Assembly (NCBI RefSeq): GCF_009834535.1 | Contig: NC_045697.1 | Coordinates: forward strand, 6,512,001 to 6,576,000 | DNA: 64,000 bases | Direction: 5' to 3' | Source: Camelus ferus | Lineage: Eukaryota | Part shown: positions 1 to 11,960 of the stretch, piece after piece | Layout: each line of letters begins with the position of its first letter | Position numbering within the stretch: position 1 is the stretch's first letter | Made by a program: the position numbers and the translations under genes | The notes under the pieces: model-generated | Seen by the model: only the letters and a program-made list of their open reading frames with translations | The model's database searches: none | What the model was told of the DNA's origin: nothing

Positions 1-799
1 ATGCTGGTTCCCCTGGAAACCACAGAAAAGCAAGTTTTCCAGCATTTCATGTTTTCCTCTGTTCTGTCTTGCCTTGTTTATTCGAATACTTGGCTTGGTC
101 TGATATCACAGGCTGCTGGAGATGTTCGGCCCCACTGGAGCCCAGACCAAGCTGTGCTTAGGAATCCAGAGGCAGCAGAGAGCCAGGGGGCTGAGCAGAA
201 TGCCTGGGATGCCCAGGCCGTCCTCACTGGCTGGCGACTGCCACACGGGCTGGAGAATGACAGGGCCAGGCTAGCGGTCCTAACCTGGCCTCTGCCTCAT
301 GATGTGTTTGGCATCTTTGGACCTCAACTTCTCCAGCTGCAGAGTAAGAATTCAGATGAGTTGAATACTAAGGTTCTTTTGGCTCTAACTTCAATGGATT
401 CAGTGATTAAATTTTCTCCCCAGCAGATGCCTGGGTGAGATGTTGGCAGGGGCCTGGTGATAGGGGCTTTTTGTGGGGTACCAGACATCCTGGATGGATG
501 GTATGTAGCACTCTGATGAGTGGCTAAAATAAGGGTAAACGTTATCATTATGAAGGTGCCTGGGGTATGTGAGCTTGTTCACGTAGAGTCCTGGAGCTGA
601 GTCATCTTCCCTGCTCTGCAGGCATTTCTGATACTGCTGTGCGCCCGGGAGTCCCCATCAGTAGACCCCGACTTGGCACAGAACTCTTTTCATTCAGAAG
701 GTTGCACATTGTGGGAGATAAGAGTGTGCGCTTTGGAATAGGCTAAGTGGCAATGCCTGCTTTTCAGCCAAGCCATCCAGCTCCTCCCTAGTCGGAGTG

Positions 800-915
800 T
801 GGTCCCTGGACTATTGGCTGGCTAGAAATGCAAACTCCCAGGCCCCACCCCAGCCCTACAGAACCAGAATCTGCATTGTGACAAGAGGCCAGTGGGATCT
901 GCGTGCACTTCAAGT
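800..915. mobile_element. MER5A-like hAT-Charlie MITE fragment
   Basis: tagaaatgcaaactcccaggccccaccccagccctacagaaccagaatctgcatt resembles the MER5A core. Confidence 0.65.
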
Positions 916-926
916 GGTATAGGTAT

Positions 927-1040
927 AATGTGACCTTGGATAAGTGACCTGATTTTCCCCATCTGCAAAAGGAAGCCAATAAAACACTTCCTTCATAGAA
1001 CTGTCATGAGAATCCAATGAGTTAATCCTTGAAAAGCCTT
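927..1040 (+). mobile_element. MIR SINE fragment
   Basis: tgtgaccttggataagtgac...ttttccccatctgcaaaa...catgagaatccaatgagttaat follows the MIR core. Confidence 0.7.
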
Positions 1041-1919
1041 GTTACTTACTATTGTATGTTACGTGTGTGCAGTCTCTAATCAGAGCGGTCCTGTGGTCAC
1101 TGTTAGCTCTGGGTGCAGTAATGACAGAACTCAGAAGCGTGAATGGAAGCCAGTGCTGCTCTCCACGCACCTGCTCCAGGTATGGGACCCTGGGATGTAT
1201 GATGGGGCAGACTAGCGTGCGAACTCCTGGTTACTGAGCAGGTGTACTGTCTCATGATGGTGCTGGTCACTTTATCAACCTTCATAGTGATGCTACGATA
1301 AAGGTATGACCATCCCCACTTTACAACAAAGGGATGAGTCTTGAGGGCCACTTGCCCAAGGTCAAGTGGTAACTGTCAGCGTTCAGAGAAAGTCCCAAGT
1401 CTTTTAACTAGAAAGCAGCAATGACCTATGACAGGGGCCTTCAACCTCAGACCTGCATGGGGTGGGGGCAGGGCTTCCCGGGGTTAACAGTGGTGTGCTG
1501 GGCTCGGCTCAGACTACTCAGCAGAGCTGATGGTTAAAATGTCAGGCATTCTGAGAGCCAGTAGTTAAACACAGTCTTTTGAAAAATTTAAATAAAATTA
1601 CAATTGAATACAGATATTAAAACAAAGTTAATACATACTCAAAATGCATCACTTCTGAACTGTTTTACTACATTTTGCTGTTACCTAAGATCTTGGTGCT
1701 GTTTTTGTCTGCTGTATCTGTTTGATGGGAAAATGCTGCTGTGCATTTCATGACCTCACATCAGTGCTGACTTTGGCCACAGTGGGAGCACTTATACCAC
1801 AGATATTGGCACATGCTACAGATCAGGATTTGATTTATTGCTTTGTCGATAGACTAACTTAAGAAAGTGATAGAAGAAATATTAATAAAGCAGATTTAAT
1901 TTAAAAGTGAGTCATGTCT

Positions 1920-2049
1920 TGGAAACAACCTAAATGTCCATTGACAGATGACTAGATAAAGATGCTGTATATACATATACACACACACACACATATATAT
2001 ATTATATATGTATATACATATATATACACATTATATATGTATATGCATC

Positions 2050-2089
<40 letters not shown>

Positions 2090-2560
2090 TGGAATATTAC
2101 TGAGCTGTAAAAAAGAATAAAAATAATGCCATTTGCAGCAACACGGATGGACCTGGAGAGCGTCACCCTAAGTGAAGTAAGCCAGAAAGAGAAAGAAAAA
2201 TACCACATGATATCACTCATATGTGGAATCTTAAAAAAAAGACAGAAATGAACTTATTTGCAAAACAGAAACAGACTCACAGAAATAGAAAACAAACGTA
2301 TGGTTACCAGGGGGAAAATGGGGAGGGAAGGGGTAAGTCGGGAGTTCGAGACTAGCAAATACTAACAACTATATATAAAATAGATAAACAACAAGTTTAT
2401 TCTGTACAGCACAGGAAACTATATTCAATATCTTGTAGTAACCTGTAATGGAAAAGAACATGAAAACAAGTATGTGTACATATGTGTGTGACTGAAACGT
2501 TATGCTATACACCAGAAATTGACACACCATTGTAAATCGACTATGATTCAATACAAGAAC
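1920..2560 (+). mobile_element. 5'-truncated L1 (ORF2 C-terminus + 3' UTR)
   Basis: Similar to 44540-44830 (cctaaatgtcca...gccatttgcagcaac...agccagaaagagaaagaaaaatacca); TSD core gagtcatgtct at 1909-1919 and 2561-2571. Confidence 0.9.
1967..2087. repeat. Compound (TA)n/(CA)n microsatellite inside L1
   Basis: Directly visible dinucleotide runs. Confidence 0.95.
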
Positions 2561-3368
2561 GAGTCATGTCTGTAGTTGTACCGTTGTGAATAGCACGAAA
2601 CCTGAGGTGCTATTTTCCAGCCTTCAAAACTAATTTCTGACTCAGCAGAGAAGCTGCTTACATCACTGATGGACCAGTGAAGTTCTGGCACATGCCTTTG
2701 TGGTTTCAGTTCTATTTTACTCATCGATAGAAAGGAAAATATCCATCTGCTGAACTCAAATGAACTGAACCCTTGTCAACTGCAACCAGAGGTTGGCTAG
2801 GGACACGAGTTCAGCAAAAATCAGTGAAATCATTCTGTGAGAATCAGTTGGGTACCTGAAATTTTTTTATAAAGAATACTGGATATTTCATTATTATCTG
2901 AATGGTATGCCACACATCTTTAGATCAGTAAAATTCATGACAAACTTGTGTACCTATCTAAGCATACCTTTCCTTCATCTCCAGGGAGCTATATGACAAA
3001 CATTTACTAAAATTTACCAGCCCATTACTGGCTAACCCCCTGAACCACTGCCATTTACAGTATCCTGAGGCAGAATGAGCTCAGTTTAGGTGCCAGAAAC
3101 ATCTGTAATTAGATCCTGGGCTTCAGCCTGAGGCACTGATTTTACTGCTCTGAGCCACATGCTTCTCATCTCTGAAGTGGGAACAGTAATAATGCCTTGG
3201 CAGATGGGATGTGAAGCTGGGTACCCCGGAAAAGTTAACTCTATTCTGCTTTCAAGTGTAGGAACAGAAAAGGAACACAGTCCCACAGAATGATGCAGCC
3301 CTGCTCCCCTCCCCCGGCCCAAAGTGGGTGGAAATCAGTGGGTCTCCTTATCCCCTCCCTAATACACT

Positions 3369-3498
3369 TCAGTTAATTTATTTTGGCAGAGGGGGAGTTA
3401 AATTAGGCTTGCTTATTTTTGGAGGATGTACTGGGGACCGAACCCAGGACCTTGTGCTTGCTAAGCATGCACTCTACCACTTGAACTATACCCTCCTC
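3369..3498 (-). mobile_element. tRNA-Ala-derived SINE (camelid vic-1-like)
   Basis: Minus strand gaggagggtatagttcaagtggtagagtgcatgcttagcaagcacaaggtcctgggttcggtccccagtac has Pol III A and B boxes and an A-rich tail; TSD atacact at 3362-3368 and 3499-3505. Confidence 0.85.
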
Positions 3499-3980
3499 AT
3501 ACACTGATGGCCTCCTTACCCCTCCCTAATATGCTGATGGCATCAGTCCTCGTTTTGCTAATCTTCAGGGTCAACTCCCCCGCATCTACGGCTTATACTT
3601 GGAGGAGCTGTAAACTCAGGGCCAGATCTCAGTTCAAATACTCTTGTCTTTTCTTCCTCTCGAAAAATTATTTGTCAGCCGATGTAGGAGCAAAAAGGAG
3701 AAAAGACCCCAAAATTCCCTTACAAACTACAACGTGATTACAAGTAACTATGGGATTCCCGTGGGTGGGACCACAACCTGCTCATGGGGAGAGGGTGCTC
3801 ACTGGAAGGTACTTTCCTACTTTCGTCTTTTTCTGTGCTAGGTACTTGGTGGGGACCCCAAAACTCTAATTGATTAACAGCTAATGTTTGCTCAGGGCAT
3901 AAAAATGAAGACTGTGACTAGTGATTCAGGAGCCAAGCCAAACTTTTGAAGCGTCAGGTTTGAGTTCCCAATAGCTTCTA

Positions 3981-3981
<1 letters not shown>

Positions 3982-4030
<49 letters not shown>
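3982..4030. repeat. Perfect (TG)24 microsatellite
   Basis: Directly visible. Confidence 0.98.
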
Positions 4031-4032
<2 letters not shown>

Positions 4033-4309
4033 CCCCCTGCGCCATGTATCTAGAAAAAAAAAAGGGAGTGAGAAAACAGATTTTATGCTTCTCTGGCAGC
4101 CTCACTTTGTGGTTCAAACCCTCCATATCTCTTCCTGTATGTATCCAATCAGGAGAGAGAAAAATAGCTTTTCTTTTTGTTTTTAATCTTGGGCTGTGAG
4201 GAGAGGTGTGGGCAGTGAAAAAGGATGAGCAAGGCTATGTTTCTTGTGTTAGAATCACAGCCTTTTCTTCGTGAAGGAAAGAGGAAATGGGTTCTCATGA
4301 CAGTTTCTT

Positions 4310-4995
4310 AGCCATTTAAATATGAATTTCCCATACAACCCAGCAATTTCACACTTGGGTATTTACCGAAGACACATATCCACCCAAAACTTGCAAACAA
4401 GTGCCAAAAATGGAAAAAAAATTTTCCTAAAAGCCAAAAAATGGGCAAAAAACCCCTAAACATCCATCAATTAGCAAATGGGTAGACAAAACGGGGTCTG
4501 TTCATGCAATGGAATACTGTTTAGCAATAGAAATGATGAACTATTACACATACTACAACTTAGGTAAATCTCAAATACATGTTAAGGGAAAGAAGCCAGA
4601 CACAGGAGACGACATGTTGTCTGATTCCATTCACATGAAATGTCCAGAAAAGGCAAAACTATAGAGACAGGAAGTAGATTAGAGGTTGCCTGGGGCAGCG
4701 GGTGGGGGTCGGGAGTCTAAGACGAATAGTAAATGGGGTAAGAATCTTTTGGGGATGATGGAAATTTTCTAAAACTGTTACATGTTGATGGTTATACATC
4801 TAGGTAAATTTACTAAAAGCCAATCGTTCAATTGTGTACTTGAAACGGGTGAATTATGTGATAGGTAAAATATTGCATAACGACTTTAAAGTTTAAAAAA
4901 TCAATTTAAAAAATAAATATTAAAAATTTCAAAAATAAATTTAAATTAAAAAAATTAAAAAATAATTTAAAAATAAATTTAAATAAAAATAAAAG
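4310..4995 (+). mobile_element. Old L1 (L1MB/L1MC-like) 3' end with degenerate A/T tail
   Basis: catacaacccagcaatttcacacttgggtattta, aagaagccagacac, aaaaggcaaaactatagagacag, ttttggggatgatggaaattttctaaaact; almost pure A/T at 4885-4994. Confidence 0.85.
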
Positions 4996-5155
4996 GTTTA
5001 GGAGAAAATGACATATTGCCAGCATCCTTAACTTTGATCCTCCATCAGCGAGTGTCCAGGCTCTGTCCTCATCCACAGAAAAGCAGTGAGTGGGTGCCCG
5101 CTCGGCACCACCCCTCCCCGCCGCTGGAGCTCCGTGGTGGATTAGGTCTCCCTAC

Positions 5156-5205
5156 CTGTACCTGCAGGTCGGCGCGCACCGTGGACCAGGCGCTGTAATC
5201 CATTC
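5156..5205 (-). other. Candidate short exon (possible N-terminus MDYSAWSTVRADLQ[VQ])
   Basis: CpG-retaining unique DNA; ATG at 5203-5201 in agaATGG context; tandem donors CAG/GTACAG/GTAGGG; no homolog recognised. Confidence 0.2.
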
Positions 5206-5779
5206 TGACAACACCCAGCTATCTCTGAAGGCAACTGCCCTGCCTTTTCACTCCGCATTGGAGTTAAGCGTAGTAACACCTATTAGCAAAATGAATCTGC
5301 TCTGGTTTTAGAGGCTTTGGGTTTTCCAGCCGGTCAGACTCCTCGCACTGCTGCCAGCACACCAGGGCTGGGCATGGATGGAGACAGAGGGAGACTCTGG
5401 GGCTGAGTGGGGGTGATAATGATGCGGTCGACATCTTGTTGGAATAAAATTAAATGTTACAGGCTACCGTCCTTCTCAGAGCACCCTGGCTGCTCTCTGT
5501 GCGACAGGGACCTCGCTGATTAGTTATTAGAATTGGCTTCATTTCTGCAGGAAACACAGATGAGTGTGTGTATGTGGGGTGGGGGTGGGGGTGGGGCTAT
5601 AATAAGAAAAGAAAAGAAAGGAAAAATGAAAGGAAAGAGGACACTCAGCCTTATAAATGGGCTGGAACAGATCTCTATGATACTGAAAAAAAAGTACCCC
5701 ACAAAAATTCAAAGCACAAGCAAATAAGGAAAGCTGCGTGCTTTACGTATAGAGTCTCAGGTAATTCTTTCTGTGGACT

Positions 5780-5915
5780 GCTGTGGTTGTCCCCATTTTT
5801 CAGATGAAGAAACTGAGGCCAACGGTTGTGCCACACCCTGCCCCATAGTGATGCATGGCAGTTGCCAGCCAAACTTACCCATGTTCGCCTCAAAGCCCAG
5901 GATTCTTTCTACAAT
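5780..5915 (-). mobile_element. MIR SINE fragment
   Basis: ccccatttttcagatgaagaaactgaggcc. Confidence 0.75.
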
Positions 5916-8514
5916 GTCCTGTCCTAATTTTCACTGATGGATTCTAAGTGGTAAGGAAAGAAGGTACCTAAATAACAGACCTGGTTTTCTTTCACACAAG
6001 AATGGGGGGACATCTGCAGCCTGGACACTCCTTCCCCCTTGGTCTTCATGGCCAAGTGGGAAACTCTGTGTGTAGCGGGAAGGGAACTAAGCACGCATCC
6101 ATCTTCTTACAGCCACCCCCGCCCCTCTTGGACCTCACAGTGCCTCACTGTGAAAATGAGACACTTGAAGTCCAGAAATGGAAAGTTGCACACCCAGCCC
6201 ACACAAGCCAGAGTGACTTCCATTCTTCGGGGGGTGCATCCTACTAGGAGTTTCTGCATGTTTTTTTGTGGGGGGACAGGGACTGACTGCTTTATCCTTT
6301 TCAGTGGGGTTTTAGTACCCAGAGCATCCATGTTAACACTGATGCCAGAAACCCAGGCATCATAAAGTCACCTCACTCAGACACTGATTCACTGTCACAG
6401 AATTGTCATTGATTCTATCTGGAGCTGCTCAGTGGGGGTCTCTCTGACCTCAGGGTCTGTCTCTCTCATTTCCCATAAAGGCAGCATGCCCTCCACCCAT
6501 GGGACGTTGCATCTCATACCCAGAGAGTCTCCCCTGCCCAGGCTGTAAGGCTCCCCCTCCTCCACAGCCAGTTAATTCTTAATCTTCTTTCTAAACTGAG
6601 GTCCAATTCTGCCTCCTTTAGTCCATCTTGCCGACCTTCCCTGCTAGGTGGCCTCTCTCCTGGGTCTCATGATCTCTGTGCTTAGTTCTCTCATAATGTT
6701 TACCAAGGTTGTAACTACCAGCTTGCTTGTCTGACTGTCCGTTGAGAGAGAGCAAAAAGATCTTCCTGGAGAAGGCAGAAGAGCAGCAATCTATCTGAGA
6801 CAGGGAGATTCTTGAGGGCAGGGAGCCTATCTCCACCGGCTTCTAATTCTGAGCCCCAAGCTCAGTTACTGGCAGATGACTGGTATTTATTAAATGTTTG
6901 TGCAATAGGGAATGGATGGAGTCTATAACTTTATGTAAGTTATGTAAGTCTTACGGAGTTGTTCAACTCCATAAGAGAAGGCTAGATCTCATTGGGGTCT
7001 TTCCATTTTGGGGTCCTTGAGACAAGGACATAGAGTTACTGCCAGAAATGTGGGCTGTGTCTGCAGTGAACCACACCCAGCTAAGACCCACACGTGTTCG
7101 CCAGGGGGATCTCTAGCCCTTGAGTTCATTCTATCCTCAGATTCCCTACACCCATGTCAGAGCCACTGCTATTCTGTCCTCTCAGGAAGGTGTTAAGAAC
7201 AAAATGCCAAGAGAAGGATGCTGCACGGATTGAAAAATAAAGGACAACTCGCTTTGCACCCCGGGCCTGGAGCCTGTGGCTTCTCCATGAACTTCCTTTG
7301 TGCACAGCGAACAATTTCCCACCTGGAGCCTATTGTTCCATGATTAGATGCTGGGGCTCCGTGGGGAAGAGGTGAATAACTCTAAGGGTAACTGAACACG
7401 CCGCCAGTTTTCACCGCGGATCAGCGCGGGGCCACTCAGCCCAGGTATTCCTGTGATTGCAATGCCGAGAAATGTGTGCCGTTGAATGGTTCCCATCTGG
7501 GCAAAACAGGACTTGGTATTTGCAGTCCGGGTCATAAAAGCAAGTGGTTTGGGAACAATGGCTGCTTAGAGACTAGGGAAAAAAAGAGGTTTTGTTTGGA
7601 GATTTGAGTCCTTAAATTCCAGGCCTTGGAAGATTTCAAGGAGTAGAAAATGCTTAACTGTCTTTGAGCTCGACGCCTTTGATAAATACCACGGAGCTAC
7701 TCAGGGCCTTAGCAGCCTGTGGGTGTTACTTCCATTCCACTGTTGGGGAGACTGAGGCTGGCGGCCATGCAGCTTTAAAAGGGGTGGGGTTGGAAAGCCA
7801 GTTTGGGTGGCCTGATTTCAAGCTCCACGTTCTCTTCAGACACGTGTCATTTTGCTCATTCTTGGGTCCCACTTGTCCTCTGAGAGCTTTGTGAGGAGAT
7901 GTGACTGTTGCAACACAGCAAGGTTAACTGTCACCCAGGCATGTGGGCCCGGACCCAGTGGAAGAGGGTCTCTTTATGGCCCTCGGTCTAGAGGATGTGG
8001 GACAGAAAGGGGCCTTCACGCAACAGCAAGGATGTCTCCGCTCTGGCTGCATCTGCCCCAGTTCTCTGCTGAGAAAGAGCGTGAGTTTGGTATCAAAGCC
8101 CCTTGTCGTGTTGTGGTAGAGGGAACCTCGGACGGAGACACAATACATCTATACTACGAAATTCACCTATTTTTAAGTGTAGGAGTCAATGGCTTTTATT
8201 ATGTAAGTTATACCCAGTAAAGTTATTAAAATACTATTTTTAAAAATCTATACTGTATACATTTCTCATGCTGAAGAATGGATCCTCCTTAACTCAATTA
8301 ATCCATTGATTGACTTAATGAGCTCCTGACAACAAATCCGTCAATGAGTATCTCGAAATAGATGCCTGGTTGAAGAGGGTTAATGGACTATGAGCTCCAA
8401 GATTCAGAGCGTGCAAAATCAGAGAAGCAGCCCCCTTCTAGAAGGTTCCTTTAATAAAGCTTTGTCATTTCTTCTTTCAACAAATGTTTGTTAGCATCTT
8501 GTCAGGGCCTCTGG

Positions 8515-8690
8515 GCAATGTAATAGGATGGTCAGTGTAAGAGTTCTGGGGTCTGGCTGCCTAGTTCAAATGTCAGCCCCTAACCTCCTAGTTGTGCGGA
8601 CTTAGCAAAGGTTGGCACACACTTCTAAACCTCTGGTTTCTTGCCTCTAAATCTGGTGTTGTATCAGGACCTATTTCATTGGGTAAAAAG
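8515..8690 (+). mobile_element. MIR SINE fragment
   Basis: ctggctgcctagttcaaat...ctagttgtgcggacttagcaaag...ctctggtttcttgcctctaaa. Confidence 0.6.
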
Positions 8691-9270
8691 GTGGACAAGT
8701 GAAGAGGGGGATGGGGATATGTTAAGGGTCACACTTAGCAAGCTATGTCTTTACCTTGGAACAAATTGCAGGGGTTTTACTGGGCAGTAGAATAATAACC
8801 ATCACGATATTGGGAATGTAAATGGGCCTTTCATCCCCAAAGCCCTAGGCACACCGAGACACAAAGGCGTTACACTCGCCGGGGCTTTGACATGGAGCTT
8901 CCTGTGTCTGGAGTTGTAAAACCACCCAAGACTTTTCAGCGGGCCAGCCTAGCAGGCTCTGCGGATGTCTGGCAGGATTTGAGCATTGCTGTTGCAGGGA
9001 GACGTTAACCAACGTGACTGAAAGCAGAGCTGTCGTCCCCTCCGTGGAGTGGGGCGTTCTGTTCGTTAAGGAGAGAGTGGAGGCAGACGTGGGAGGTTGA
9101 CACCCCCGGGAGGTCATTTTCACAAGCTGTGTTTGCTTTTCTCACTGCCTTTTCATGGAGCCTGGCTCTTCTGGGCTCAGCTCTCTCTTTCCAATTGACT
9201 GTTTCCTTTAGACCCGATGAGATCATGTGTGAACTTTGGAAATGAAGAGAGAGGCATTTATTTTACTAAG

Positions 9271-9400
9271 GGTGTGTGTGTGTGTCTGTACACGTGCATG
9301 CACTTGTGCTTGTGCAAAAGAGAGAGAGGCAGATACAGAGACAGAGAGACACAGAGACAGACACAGTGAGAAACAGAGGGACACAGGGAGGGACAAAGAC
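9271..9400. repeat. Degenerate (TG)n plus (GA/GACA)n simple repeat
   Basis: Directly visible; explains low-complexity ORFs at 9223-9667. Confidence 0.85.
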
Positions 9401-10924
9401 ATGGAAAGAGGCACCCACATCAAGCGTCCTCCTTCTCCTGACTCTGCACCAGGTCTGTTACCGTGTAAACTTCCACCCGCTGACAGGGCGCAGGGGGGTG
9501 AGTTCTCATCTCGGGGAGCAGAGAAGCCAGGACAGGAAGCCAGCACTTGTGACCTGCTCTGGTCCAGGCACGTTCATTCCAGCTGCTCATCTAATCTAAC
9601 CTTTGGGCATAGGAAGGATTCTCCTCATCTTCCAACCGTAGCGACTGAATTTGGGGCATGTCCTTGACCTGTCTGAACCTACCTGGCTGGTGGGTAGCAG
9701 CTCTGGCTTCACACCTGGGTCTTTCTGCCCAGAGCTCATGCTTCTTGCACTGTGCAGTGATCGGCCCTTCAGGGCCAGCTCTGCCTCGTTCCTGCGAGTC
9801 TGGGGGACGTTCCCTCTGAGTCCCAGGTCTCAGTTTCTACATCTGCGGAATGAGGACTTCTCTGAGGGCAATGGTCTCATTAATATTTTTTATCTCCAAG
9901 AGGTATAGATTTTGGACAACAGGTCCTGCCCCACCTTTCTGTTTCTCATTCACCTTCTCACCTCTCTTCTCACCTCGGGGATGGGCACCAGGCCCCCTTC
10001 ACGTCCTCTGACTGTCCTGAAGGGCCTTGAATTGACTCACACACGGTTCCTCTGCTCCTCTCTCAACAGCTGGAGGGCCAGCTCCTCCCTCTTCCCCTTC
10101 CTTCCCTTTTTCCTTTTAAATATGATTTTTAAGTTATTTCTGTAACATTTAAATTACAAGAATAATTCATGGACGTTGTAAAAAATGGAGAAAATAGCTA
10201 TAAGGCAAAACAAGAAACAACAATCATGCAACACAAATCCAGACATAAGCTGGTTCGTGGCACACACACGAATGAATGATCATTTTTTTTTTTTTTGGTA
10301 AAACATAGGTGCATCATTAAATATACTTCCATGAAATCATACTGGTTGGCTGCATAACATTTCTGAATACGGCTTTTAACAATTTCCCTAGTTCATGGTG
10401 TGGGCTTTAGTAAGTGTCCTGGTCCTGACACTCATTACCTGTGTGTTCTTTGAGCAGGCTGTTTGACCTCTCTGTGCCTCAGTTTCCTCCCCTGCACCAC
10501 AGGAAGAACTTTCTGCCAAATTCCTTCCTTAGGACTAGCCCTCGACCCCAGCTCTCATAGTTTCCGATTTACTATGAGAGGCTGGGTGAACATCTCACCT
10601 ACTGCTGCAGAGACGTCAGAGGCGTGTCCGGGACAACACTGCCTTCCTCTTCTGAGGGCTTAACCTTTTTCCTCCCCCTCCCAGCCATTGGCCAAAGCCC
10701 TGTGTGTACCCGGTGTCCCAGGACTTCAGAGCCTGGAAGAAATGAGACCCCTTCTCTGCTAGCCTGGCTCCTCCTCCCTCTGCTCTGGCTTTTGGAGGAA
10801 AAGTTATTGTTCATGTAAACTTCTGTCTAGTTGCCTATTTAATAACATCTACATAGTTTGCTAACATATAGTATGACACTGATTTCTTTATCTGAACCAT
10901 ATGAGCACTTGGGGCCACAGTTGG

Positions 10925-11359
10925 AGGCAAAGCAGATACCACTGGTACCCCCAGTGCATCTCCTTTACTGGGCCAGCGGACCCCTTCTCCTGCCAGTGGG
11001 GGTAACCAGTAACAGCTAAGACTTGCACCCTTTTCCGGAACACCCTTTTCCTTTGACAGACAAGAGCCCCCTGGCCTGGGGATGCCTGAGAGTTGCATTC
11101 CCCACTCTCATCTCCACGGGCATCCGGAGCCAGTGACTGATCCAGCTCCTTGTCTCTGTGTGGGATGGACAACCTCAGTGATGCTCATACCGGGGAGGTT
11201 CCCATGGGCGGGGTCAGGCTAGGCCTCCCTCAACTCTTCTGGCCCCTCCTGGTTACCCTGCTCCCTGGTGGTGTGCTCCTGCCAGCACTCCCTCCTAAGT
11301 CAATCTCTCACCAATCCCTGTTGCAGGCTCTGCTCCTATGGAAACTGAGGTTCGGGACA
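10925..11359 (+). mobile_element. LTR16C-like ERVL solo LTR
   Basis: gcagataccactggtacccc...ctcctttactgggcc at the 5' end and caggctctgctcctatggaaactgaggttcgggaca at the 3' end resemble the LTR16 family. Confidence 0.6.
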
Positions 11360-11509
11360 GGGTTTAGCAGACAAGGAGGTAGATTTAAGCAGCCCGACGT
11401 CTCTCACTTGGAGAGCAGCCTCTTCGCTGGTCGTCCCATGCCTCCTCTTTCTTGTCCTCCTCTATCTGTTTTCAGATACTTCCAGATACAGATATTTTAG
11501 AAGGTATCT

Positions 11510-11960
11510 GTTTATGCCCATCACAGGCCTGAAACTTTCAGTGTCTCCTCTTTCTCAGAGCAAAGACCACATGGCCCACATGGCTTGGCTTTTGACAGCC
11601 TTCTCAGGTTTACCCCAATCTTCCTCCTTAACTCAGGCCACACTGACCTCTCATTTCCTCAAAAAGGTCATTATCCCTTTAAATTCAAGGTCTTTCTCCA
11701 TGTGGTTTCCTCAGATGGGAAGTTTATTTATTTGTTTATTTGTCTTCACTCTGTTTACTTTCCCAGTTGTCCTTCAGATTTCTACCCAAGGTTAGACGCT
11801 TGCTCAGAGGACATCGACACAGCCTCTCACGAGTCATCCCTGGACTTGCTGCAGCTGGCAGACATCTGCCTCTGACGTCATTTACTCTCTTTTCCTCTCT
11901 GAACTGATGTCCATTTCCTAAAAGGCACGGTCTGTTTCTCCACTGCTCACCAGGGTATGA
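11510..11960 (+). mobile_element. L2 LINE fragments
   Basis: caggccacactgacctctcatttcctcaaa...aggtctttctccatgtggtttcctc is typical L2 3' region. Confidence 0.55.

Larger units (their letters stand above)
1488..3030 (+). mobile_element. MER63-like (hAT-Blackjack) non-autonomous DNA transposon, interrupted by an L1 fragment
   Basis: Terminal inverted repeats cagtggtgtgctgg (1488-1501) and ccagcccattactg (3017-3030), 11/14 complementary; interior follows the recalled MER63 consensus on both sides of the L1. Confidence 0.75.

Noticed and set aside
1..438. 145-aa ORF at the window start
   Set aside because: No recognisable domain; its 3' part runs through MIR-like sequence (~300-390); no convincing exon boundaries.
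1479..3040. Inverted-looking flanks (ggggttaa / ctaacccc) outside the MER63-like TIRs
   Set aside because: Only ~7 bp; chance or decay of an old TSD is sufficient.
3421..3498. Apparent tRNA-Ala gene (also 57540-57616)
   Set aside because: Broken stems, attached A-rich tail and TSDs identify SINE heads, not tRNA genes.
4885..4994. Almost pure A/T tract as an origin or matrix-attachment element
   Set aside because: Lies directly at an L1 3' end; best explained as a decayed poly(A) tail.
5174..5194. RE1-like gcaccgtggaccaggcgc
   Set aside because: Lacks the TTCA start and the right half is out of register; too weak.
9223..9667. ORFs of 107-143 aa
   Set aside because: Stay open because of TG/GA simple repeats; low-complexity translations.
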